A stretch of DNA of 64,000 nt from Azolla caroliniana (lineage: Eukaryota > Plantae > Polypodiophyta): assembly GCA_043228905.1 (NCBI GenBank), contig JBHGNT010000020.1:2604001-2668000 (forward strand). The letters are read 5' to 3'. How positions within the stretch are numbered: position 1 is the stretch's first letter; each line of letters starts with the position of its first letter. The notes beneath the pieces were generated by a model. The model was not told the DNA's origin. It searched no databases and worked only from the letters and a program-made list of their open reading frames with translations. The translations under genes were made by a program, and so were the position numbers. Positions 12,889 through 23,375 of the stretch are shown one piece after another.

Positions 12889-13341
12889 TGTCAGGAATAG
12901 TACTAAAGCAGAGATGGAATTAGTACTAAAGAATAGCAGTACTATTAGTACTAAGAGGACGGAACTGCGTAAGACTCCCGAGAGAGAGAGAGAAAGAGAG
13001 AAGATAAAAGAGAGATAGCGAGGATGAGAGAGAGAGAGAGAGATGATGATGATAACAGCCAATATATTATGTGAAGGATAAGTAAAAAATGGCTAAGAGG
13101 CTTAAGACTGGCGTTGAACCAATTTGGTTCAAAACAATGCCTTGTGCCTCCTTTTATAGTGTTTTTAGGAATAATCCTGAAGCTTCTAGAATGTTCCAGA
13201 GAGATCTGGAATATACATCAATTTTCTATGATAAAGTATAAATGAAAATAATATCCTACAAATTACAATTCATAGTCTAATGGTAAGAGCTCGACCCATG
13301 TAGCATAAGGTCATGGGTTCGAGTCTTGCCATATCATGACA
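12889..13341 (-). repeat. 5' LTR of element B
   Basis: TG...CA termini. Minus-strand TATAAAAG starting at 13158. gag follows on the minus strand. Confidence 0.95.
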
Positions 13342-13346
13342 CCTGG

Positions 13347-14250
13347 ATACGGAGCATAAGAAGCAGCAGGAGAAGATTGCAAAGCTCCGGCAGGAAGTTC
13401 ATCGAGCTGAGACAGCGCTAGTTCGCTGAAAAAACAACGATACTAGAGGAAGCCGTGCAGGAACGTATGGAGCCCCATAAGCAGCATTATGAAGAAAAGG
13501 AAAGAGCGACAATGGTATTGCAGAGGTTGTAGAACACCTACCAAAACCAATTGTCACATTACTGGGAGCAGGAGGCAGACACGGTGATGCTGATCAAGCA
13601 ATTGAAGGAAGAATGGCAAACCGCGGAGGACAAATCGAAGATGGGACTTTAGCGGATCCAGTTCATTGTCCAGGCATGGAGGAACAAGACAAAACGCTTG
13701 ATTGACGAAAGCTCCGCGCAATGGTGGGACAAATGGGCAAAGCACACAACCGAGCTCCCCTTGCTAAGGGCGGACGCAGAAAACCGGCAAAAGGATGGCG
13801 ACGATTGCTACATGCTAACAAAGGAGGACTTCACCGCCATAAGAGATGAGTTAGCAGAAGACTTTGTAACTTTGGCGGAGGAACAATCAGCAGTGGTTCG
13901 GCAGCTCGTAGCACAGCTGGACGATGATCGATTGGATGCTCAAATCCAGTTTGAAAGCTATGAGGGGACTAGGCTACGGCAAGAAGAAGCAAGGCAGGCG
14001 GCCACCGTCAACCTCAGCGATGAGGAGCCATCGCCAGCGCAAGTCAACCGGAGCAAATCCGGCAGAGCAGCTGACGAAGGAATCACCGCCACAACCGCCG
14101 GTACCAGGAGCTGAACAGACGCCACCCAAGGAGCAACAGTCGGAGGAGCCGGAGCCATAGCCACAACAACAACAAATTTCCAAAGAATCATTGGACACCA
14201 TGGAGCAGAGTATTCTGGATATCTTGGACGAAGGCTAAGGGCCGGATAGT
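13347..14250 (+). pseudogene. 3' continuation of the element A extra ORF (coiled coil, several stops)
   Basis: Removing element B and one CCTGG joins ...DYKHL to DTEHKKQQEKIAKLRQE. ORF-track fragment 13698-14114. Confidence 0.6.
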
Positions 14251-14291
14251 GGGATTCGACGTACAAGGTACTGTCCCACGGGCGTGCCATG

Positions 14292-14735
14292 TGTTACCCG
14301 ATCGACAAATGAGTTAAAGACCAGAATGTGAAAGGGATTGTTTATTCGGAATCTATTATAATTAAGTAGTTTATGAGACGTGAACGGACGGACCCGAATC
14401 AGTATGCCGATCCGGATCCGGACCGGTTCCAAACAGGTGCCGGTTGGCACCGTTTTGTATTCAGCACCGGTGACCTATATATAAAGGCCCAGTTACAATG
14501 TAAAACTTTGACGGATAATTAATAGAGCTTCTTGTTTTATCTTTAAGTGTTGATTACCGTTCTGTACTAATTGTTCTATCATACGTGTGTATCAAGTCTA
14601 ATGCCATATTGCTAAGTAACCAATTAAGTCTGCTTAATCGTTGTGTCTTAAGTTATCTCACCGTAACACCCCTTTGGTGAAGTGTCTTCCGTAGACACCC
14701 TGTGTTAGGCCATTGTCCGGCCCTAAGGAATAACA
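14292..14735 (+). mobile_element. 3' LTR of element A (444 bp; rest of element upstream of window)
   Basis: TGTTA...TAACA termini and a TATATAAA box. Clearly homologous along its length to the TSD-flanked solo LTR at 48106-48567 (reverse strand). Confidence 0.85.
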
Positions 14736-17700
14736 TCAATGATGTTGTAGAGGTAATTAATTGGTTATATAAAACGATTACATATGTGTATGAGGTCAAT
14801 ACCTCATTTGACACATGTTTGATATGTGATTCGCGTCGTATGTGTACGAGGTTAATACCTCAAGTATTACATTCACGTACATATGTTATGTATGCGTATG
14901 AGGTCAATACCTCAATTGCGTATTACGATTAACCCTTATTATTGGATGTTTCATGTGTGTAGAGGCTATATGCCTCGATTACATGTCTCGATTTCATCAT
15001 ATGTTGGCTATTTGATGTTACGATTTTTCTTAATATACACATATGTGGTCACGTGTATATGTATTTGATTGTATATGTGTGATAAATTTACATGTGTATG
15101 TTAGTTATATGTGATCGAATGTTGTCCTTTTCGGGGAAACGATCTTGGTGGCCGTCCTCACAATCTTTTTTGTTGACATCCCCGTTGGTCACTTCGATTT
15201 CGTTACGTAACGAAACGATCATAGCCACAGTGATGGTGAGAACATAGGGCTTGACCCACTTCATGTGAGATCGCTCCTAGGACACACATATCCAACATCC
15301 CTCCCTCATTACATGGATACGATGCCACCCATGAGATCATTCTTACGAAAGGCATTCGTAATAACGTAACCATGTGATGGGCCACGTGGGCCTACTACAA
15401 AAAGAGGGCTCATTTGGCTTAACCATTAGGTTGCACTTTGGCGTATGCCATCGTAATTATGAGACTTGAGGTTAGGTAACGTACCAACATAGTTTGTGGT
15501 AAACGAGAGGGAAATATTAAGGACTCTTGATATATATGTTTCTTTTAAAAAATCATATATGGGCAAACGTTTCACATATCTCTTATACGCATACAACCTT
15601 AAACATTAAACATGGGCAATCTATTTGGTTAGCTCAAGTGTTTAATGTATTTGTTCTCAAGGTCTCGAGTTCAAATATGATCAAGACCATACAACATTGT
15701 TGATACATATGGCTATAATACATGTTTAGACTTCAGGTCTAAGTGCACTTCGGGGTCCTCGTAATAGGACTTAAAGAGCCGAAACCACATACGTGGGCAC
15801 AAAAACATTTATTGTTAACATTTGTTTCGTGTATAAACTATTCATGAAGTGAACATACATGGTTGAGCCTCACGGAGCCGCCATGAAAAAATCGATATAG
15901 AGATTAGGGAAAGACATTCATTTGGCACCCCCATGGTTTTTAAAACACCTTTGTGTTACCATAGTAACCTGATCTTGAACTTCATCTCATATGTCAAGAG
16001 GGGTATTGACGTGAGATCATGATATCAATTGATGTTCGCCCATGATATGTTTACATCACAACATGATGTTATGACTATTTGTCTGACCTTACCCTATTTC
16101 TTTGCCAGAAATAAGCATTCAATGGCTCAGAATAACAACCCGATGTCATCCGCTCAAGCGGAAGGAACTCTAGGAAATCCTCCTAGACCAATGTCCATTG
16201 AGTCGTATTTTTTACAAATACAACATTTCCTTAGTTCAACCGCACATCAGATGTCCGAACTTCCACAATCCGAAAGTGTTCTCGAGGCACGTGTCATTAG
16301 TTTACAATGTGAGACTAATAGACTCGATGAGCGTCAGGGTGAACCATCATTTGTCGTAAAGCCATTTACAGGAGAAAAAAAGGAAAGAACCAAAGAAGCA
16401 ATTTGCACGTGGTTGGGGAGTCTCATTTTGAGCTCTATCCCATGCCAGATAATACGAAGATTGCATATGCTGGCTGAGAACTACGGGGTAAGGCCGCCGC
16501 CTGGTGGCGTAGGCTCCAAACTTTGGGGAAATTGCCTGATACTTGGACAGATTTTGTCACAGTTTTCAAGGGCCAATTTTTGTAACCTCCATCTCTAACC
16601 GAGGCAGCACAAGCTTTAATGAACCTCTCTAGCAGTACGTTTTCATTGCTAGAAGACTATGTTCACCATGCTAGAACCCAAATCCAAAAATCGGGTCTAG
16701 AAAGGGACAATTGGTTAACAACTTGTTTTGTCAATGGCATCCCCAATTCAGACTATCCTTGGATAGTGCACGATAAGAATCCAAAATCCTTCAAAGAGGC
16801 ATTTGAAATAGTTCTTCGATATCAACACACTTCAAAGGACCATAACAAACCCAATGAAGCGCCCGGGACTAATCAGTCGCAATTTGCTAGGAAACGCAAG
16901 ACACTCAACGAATTCATGGATCGCGATTGTAAGCAACAACATCCTTTTTGTGTATTCTGCAAAAAGAAGGGTCATACAAACGAACAATGTCAAAAGCTCC
17001 AACGGAAAGAGCACGACAACAAAACAAAAGTTGAAGACCATAAAGGTCAGATTCCTAATGTCCTTGAGGTCTATACACATCATTTAAGTAATTGTCAATG
17101 TTCTTTCCCTCACTATGTATTGGGACCCAATGATTTACTATGCGCAAACGGGTATATCAATGGATCTCCCGTACAATTTCTATTTGATTCGGGAAGCTCA
17201 CACAACTTTCTAAATAATCGTTTGGTTCAGATATGGGGAATCCAACCCACCGTAAGTGATCACACCTATAGGGTGCTCTTGGCTGATGGAAGAGTACAAT
17301 ACATCAACGAGGCGATTCATTCATTAAGAATTTCTATTGATACTTATATAGAGGAAGTAGACTTCCATGTAATGAATCTTTGTACCACTAATGTAATACT
17401 GGGTTATCCCTGGTTTTTTAATAAGAACTCTTCTTTATCTATTGATTGGGTTCACCATTCCATCTCCTTTGTACTGAACGATTGTACTCATTTTATTCAA
17501 TGTGTTAAAAAACAATCTCTTTCGATTGTTTTCTCTCCATCAATATCCGAGTTGTCTTGTTCTACTTTATTTTATTGTATACTTGATCCAGACATTCACA
17601 TTTACCATATCGATAATGTCTCGGTTCAATTATCATATTTTGAACAACAACAACTCGATGAAATCTTAAATGATTTTCGTGATGTTTTTCCGAGTGAACT

Positions 17701-17785
17701 ACCACATGGGTTACGTCCTAAACGTAATATAGACCATCATATAGATATTGTACCTGGCGTTGCACCAATAAGTATACCTCCTTAT

Positions 17786-18427
17786 TGTTAGGAAACAGGT
17801 CCCTCCGGATGGGAAGTGAGAAGAACAATACTGATGAGCAAACTAGGCCGGGGCCAAACCAGATGTGGAGTACCCGGCAACGGAAGACCCGGTGAGAACC
17901 GGATGAGGAGTACCCGGAAACGGAAGACTCGATGAGAACCGGATGATGCAAGCCCGGTGAGGAGTGCTCACTGGATGAAGGGACATATTCGTAAATATGT
18001 TTCTGAGAGTTCATCGGGGCTATATTTGTAAATAGCCGAAAAGTCATTTTAGTATAAATATGACTTAGGGCAAACTTAGTATAGATGTTGTCATTGTCGT
18101 TGTTGCGATTGTGAGAGAGCAACCGTGTACAGAGAGAGAGAGTGTGTGCGTGAGCTCGAGATAACCGCCGCCTGTGGCGAAGATCGTGAGCATGAGGTCG
18201 TTGCCTCCATGAGCTCACTGTTGTAATCATTGTGATATAGTGATAGTTTGGAGTCTGTGGACTCCCGTGGTTTTTCCCTCTCAGGGTTTTCCACGTTAAT
18301 ATCCTGTGTATTCTCTTTTCTTTCTGTTTGTGCACTTACTTCCATTCTTCACTTCTTCTGTGTTTGACTGTACAAAGTGATTCACTCTTCGGTTGTTGCC
18401 GGAGACTATTCTGCGTATTCCTCGACA
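17786..18427 (+). mobile_element. Solo LTR (Copia-associated family) in element F pol
   Basis: TG...CA termini; TSD CTTAT (17781-17785, 18428-18432); homologous to 7655-8411. Confidence 0.9.
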
Positions 18428-18504
18428 CTTATCACTTAAGTTGATCCGAAGAGGATGAGGTATCTAAGCAACTCAAGGACTATTTACAAATGTGTTATAT
18501 ACGT

Positions 18505-19126
18505 TGTCGTGAAGAAAACCGTCCCTTAGCGCAATCGGTGCATAGCGCACGTGAACCGGCTCTTCACGCGTGCGCGCCCTTTAATGTATATAATAGGGAA
18601 TTAGGTACATAAGCATATCCGGGGTAGTTAGATTCGGTAGGTAGGAAGTAAATGGGGGAGACGGCTCCCTTCCTGAAGCTATAAAAGGGAGGGAGACGCG
18701 GGGAGAAGGGGATCGCGCATTGAGGAGAATGAAGTGTTGTCGAACCGTAACCGAACGCTTCTCTGCAGAATTTCGGGAGGCTCGCGCTACTTCGAGGAAC
18801 GCCCGTGTGCTTCCGACAACACCTTCATCCTATCCCCTTTTGTGCGCAGACGAACAGGCATCGGCATCTGTTCGCCGGCCTGTTCGGTTGTAACCGCTCG
18901 CGTGCTCTGTTGTTTTGTGTCATTTGATAATATACAAACATTCGTGTCTCTCTGTCTCTGCGTCCATTCGTGTTTTCTGCGTTGACGGGCCGTGTCCCTG
19001 TGTTTCTTTGCTCATACGTTACCGGTCGTCTCTCTCTTTCTCTTTCCCCTCCTATCACCTGCTCTTCGGTCCAACACACCGGTGGTCCCGCCTCGTTTCT
19101 CCACGCACGCGCGTAACAACGCGACA
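18505..19126 (+). repeat. 5' LTR of element D
   Basis: TGTCGTG...CGCGACA; 27 bp shorter than the 3' LTR. Confidence 0.93.
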
Positions 19127-19130
19127 TCTT

Positions 19131-19148
19131 TGGTGAACCCGACGTGAA
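19131..19148 (+). promoter_or_regulatory. tRNA-Trp PBS of element D
   Basis: TGGTGAACCCGACGTGAA, identical to the PBS of element C. Confidence 0.85.
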
Positions 19149-19170
19149 CAAGACAGCAAAGGAGCAGAAG

Positions 19171-21297
19171 ATGAGGGGGTCGGATCTTGCAGAGGCCATG
19201 GCTTCGGCCGTGGACCGGATAGTAAGCGCGCGCGAGGGCACCGGCGCCCTTGACAGGGCTATTGAGGCGATCGTCGGTATGATCGGCCGGTTCGGTGGAA
19301 AGGATGCCACGAGTTATTTGGCGTCCTACCGGGCGGAGATGTTGATGAGGGATATTCCGGAAGAGAGGCATCTTGCCGGATTCCCTCGAGTGGCGATGCT
19401 GGGCATCCATGCGGAGGTGCTCGAGGTCCGGGCGGAGAGCCGGACCTGGGAGGAGTTCGAAGGACGGCTCCTGGAGAAATACGGGCTGGATGACGCGCTT
19501 TGACTTTCGAAGCGGGGCTTCATGGAGTGGGTGGAGTCCCCCGACAAAGGAAGAAATGTGTCGGCACTCCTCCGGGAGTTTGAGGATCGCTTTGCGCGAC
19601 TTTCGGCGCTCGATCGGACCGTTCTGGACACAAGTCGTGTCCTATTGTTTGTCAAATCGGTTGACGCACGGGATCGGGAGCAAGTGGGCTCCTTACTGGA
19701 AACCGAAGACGGGCTGATGGCCGACTGGGCCACGGTAAAAAGAGTCTGCGGCCGTTTTGACAAACGGTGGGAGTGGGCTGATACAGGGCCGACCGGGGCG
19801 GGTCCTGTCTCAGCAAGGAAGCTCGAACCGATACCGCAGGCGCGACGGGAAGAGACCCGGGAGTGGCTCGAAACCGGTTCGGCTTCGATCGGCGTGGTCA
19901 GAGGCTCGTCCGGGGGGACAACTTTGGAGGAGTTGACACGGGCGGTAAAGGATCTCCAGATCGCTCAGGCTCGGAGGGAAGGCGGCGATCAAGCTCGTGA
20001 CCGACGGCCTCCGGCAGGAAATAGGTGCATGTGGTGCGACGAGATCGGCCACATCCGGAAAGACTGCGGGGAATTTGCGGAGGCTTTGAGAAGCCGGGTA
20101 GTGTACCTGTGGGAAGGTCGGGTGCACGCCAGCGATACCCGGAGGGCCCTGAACCGAAACGACGGGCGAGGAGGAATGAAAAGGCTGATGGAAGAGTCGG
20201 CGGCCCGGCACGCGGAGACCGTCCACTACTCAGCGTCAGCCGGCATTCGGGTCGGAGGCAGCGAGGCCCGGAAGGAGAGCAAAGCCGGGTTCTGGCCGAC
20301 GGTGCTGGAAGGCCTCGCTGGTGCCCGACTAAAGAAAGACGAGGCGGACCGCGCGGAGAAGCGGGTCTAGGAGGTAACCGGGTGGAGTGACCCGGTCGAA
20401 GAAAAGACGGGGTTCGTCGAACCAGCTTGCCAGAACTACGAGGCTCTAGTTGAAGACAAATGGGTAGGTAAAACCGGAGGGGCCGGACCCTCATAGAGAT
20501 ACGAAACCCGATTCGGGCCGATACGGAACGAGGCTAGTGAGTCCAATGCCCGGGATAACCACAAGAAGGGCGGATACCGTTTGGGCACGGAGATCGAAAG
20601 GACCACAAACCTACGAAAGGTCCTGGAAGAACGAATCCTCGACAGCAAGGTGGAACTGTCGTTGCGGGAGGTGCTCGGAATCGCCAAGAAGGAGTTCCAC
20701 GACTCCATCATAGACTTGGTGAAGAGGAAGAGGCTGTCGACGGAGGCAGAACCGGAAAGGCCGGTGGAGGTGCGGACGACGCACATGGAGGACATGGCGA
20801 TGGAAGACGAGTGGGTAGAGAGCCACTATTCGAGGCCACACTGGGCCCGAGCAACCACAGAAACCCCGGTGAAGATCAGAGATGTTTAGGAACCGGTGGT
20901 GGCGCTAGTGGACCACGGTTCGGAAATAAACCTGATGTCCATGGACTTCTACAAAAAGGGGAAATGGCCGATCAACACCAAGCACGGGTGGAAGATACAG
21001 GCGGCGACGCGCGCCACCGAGGAACTACATGGGGCCTGCCCAAACGTGCGAGTCAAGATCGGCGACGTCGAGATAGACCAGCACTTCTTTGTGCAGGAGA
21101 CGTCCTCACACCCGGTCATACTAGGAGAACCGTACATTACGGCAGCGCGGATGGAAACCAAGGTGCTGGACAACGGGTCGGCTTACGCGAGGGTCAAGAG
21201 TCAGGACGGGTGTCATTCGGTCCAGTTCCTGACAGTGCGACCGAACCACGGGCGAAACCGCGAGTCCCTTGGTGGCGAGAACCGAGAGGATTTTTAG
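19171..21297 (+). pseudogene. Element D Gag-protease ORF (single frame, broken only by nonsense codons)
   Basis: Fragments at 19144, 19522, 20581 and 20896 share one frame. Zinc knuckle CMWCDEIGHIRKDC. Aspartic protease LVDHGS...VILGEP. Confidence 0.88.
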
Positions 21298-22671
21298 AGA
21301 GGGTTGTCAAGGCGTGGGGCCGCGACAGTCCGGACACTCCGGGAAAACCCCACAAATGTACGATAGAAGCGAAACCGAAGAATCCTTGTACCATAAGTAG
21401 GAAGTTTTGTTTCTCCGACAACGGAGGGTGTACGATAGTCGGCGTCGTTGGCTGAGAAAAGACAAGGGCGGAAGAGCGACTTCGGGCATGCGGAGTTCTC
21501 GGGCCCAGCGAGGAAATCAACGGAGCCGTGGAGGCGGTCTCCTTTGACGATACCTTGGAAATACTGCGAGAGGTGGTCGGAGAAGGCCTTAAAGAGGACC
21601 GGACGATACCGGTTTGTTCAGAAGATATGTACAAAGTCATCGCGGACTTTAGTCGAGGGCTCGAGTCAGATCGGATGGCCCGGGTTGACACGAAGTACAA
21701 GACTGTGGACCGGAAGGTAAGGCCAGTCCCGGCACCCTTACCAGAGGGCAGCGAGTTGCGAATCAAGGGGGTCGCGTCGGACCCCAGTTTACGAGATCCG
21801 GCCTGCATAGGACACGCCTTCACCGACAGAACGCTACGGGAGCTCAAAGTCGGTGGGGGCGGGTTCCTACTGCCGGCGAAAGAAGACCGGTTTCGGAGAA
21901 TGCTCGGAAGGCACGGGAAAGCCTTCGCATTCTCACCGAGAGAGATCGGGTGCGTAGACCCGACAGTTGTGAAGCCGATGGTGATATTCACAGTACCGCA
22001 TGTGCCATGGAATCTCAAACCAATTCCGGTACCGAGAGCTCACATCCCGGAGCTGATGGAGCTATTAAGGCAGAAAGTCGATATGGGAATCCTCGAACCG
22101 TCGAGTGCCCCGTACTCGAACCGATGGTTTACAGTACCGAAGAAGAACGGGACGTTGCGCTTCATTCAAGACCTGCAACCGGTCAACAGATTGACCATTC
22201 GGAACGTAGGAATCAGACCAACGATAGACGAGTTCGCAGAGGCCTTCGCCGGAAGGTCGATCTACTCGGTCGGTGATCTGTACTCGGGGTACGATCAGTT
22301 CCAACTAGCCGTGGAGAGCAGAGACATTACGACGATGCGGACTCCTCTCGGCCTAGTGCGGATGTGTACCCTGCCGCAAGGAGAGACAAACTCGGTGGCC
22401 CACATGGTGAATGCGATGAACAAGGTGTTGAGGGATTGTATCCCGGACATCACCATGCCATTCTTGGACCACGTCCCGATCAAGGGATGTCCGGTGGAGG
22501 AAAAGGACGAAACGATCGGACCGGACGGATGCCGGAAATTCGTGGCGACACACATTGGCGACTGCGAGAAGGTGCAGCAGAGGCTAGAGGACGCGAGGCT
22601 CACCTTCTCCGGAGAGAAATCGGCCTTCGGGCAATCGTAGATCATGGTCATCGGACATCTATGCGGACCGT

Positions 22672-23375
22672 TGTCGCGCCCTTCGGCTCCGGATCGTTGC
22701 GTGAGTCGGGTGGGAACCGCCGAGGTTTTTGACTAGGAGGAAGAGGAATACAACTTAAGGCTAGATATGAATAGTGGAAAGAGAAGTAAGATAGCAATCT
22801 CGTGAATCCCACGAGTTTAGTGTAATTAAAACAATATTTAGATTATAAGAGCAATTAGATGGCAAAATTCGTGAATCCCACGAATATATTAGATTGATCC
22901 AACCTTGTATATTAATCAACAACCATATACATATTTTTCTCCTCCTTATATAAAGATGGAAGAGGCTAAGCATAGCTTCATGCTTTTTCACCTAAAGTGC
23001 CCATGCACACTAAATGTGCATGTGATGTTTTGTCATTTCCTAAATATAGGGCTCGTGCACGCTAGATGTGCATGAGTCACTTTTAATGTCACGTGTAAAT
23101 AAAATATTCACACTCTAAAGAATACATGATTTTTACCTTTTAATAAAGGTATGTGTAAATAAAGGTCTTATACGTATTAAATCTATATTTCTAACACTAA
23201 AGATAAGTTATTACAATGGTAAAGTTGGGGTTTATCTACGTGGAGGTGCATGGTTCGAATCCTGCCCTATGCACGTGATAAATTCTTTTGATATATTATT
23301 TATCTAGTTATATGTATCTAAAATCGGATCTATTATTTTATGGTTTTCACGTAGTGTGTGGAATACACTACGACA
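22672..23375 (-). mobile_element. Solo LTR of the 4-bp-TSD family in element D RT
   Basis: TGTCG...CGACA termini; TSD CCGT (22668-22671, 23376-23379). Removal restores GHLCGPYGRKPSP. Confidence 0.9.
23203..23275 (+). promoter_or_regulatory. tRNA-like cassette in solo LTR (perfect B box GGTTCGAATCC at 23252-23262)
   Basis: ACAATGGTAAAG...GAGGTGCATGGTTCGAATCCTGC. Confidence 0.55.

Larger units (their letters stand above)
2272..13341 (-). mobile_element. Element B: Ty3/Gypsy chromovirus, Tcn1/Tf1-like, degenerate, interrupted by element C
   Basis: Paired LTRs 2272-2721 and 12889-13341. 5-bp TSD CCTGG (2267-2271, 13342-13346). Order gag-PR-RT-RH-IN on the minus strand. RT start [28 protein letters not shown] and YLDD motif. 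Confidence 0.93.

Noticed and set aside
14785-14980. CRISPR array
   Set aside because: Eukaryotic TE context, no cas genes, repeats degenerate, and spacers similar to each other and low in complexity.
17860-17980. Hammerhead ribozyme (retrozyme-like) in Copia LTR repeats
   Set aside because: CGGATGA...GAAA lacks the CUGANGA core and I could not build the three stems; same for CTGATGA near 33348.
18526-18560. A-box-like TAGCGCAATCGG...TAGCGC in element D LTR
   Set aside because: No B box at a suitable distance; sense orientation unlike the other cassettes.
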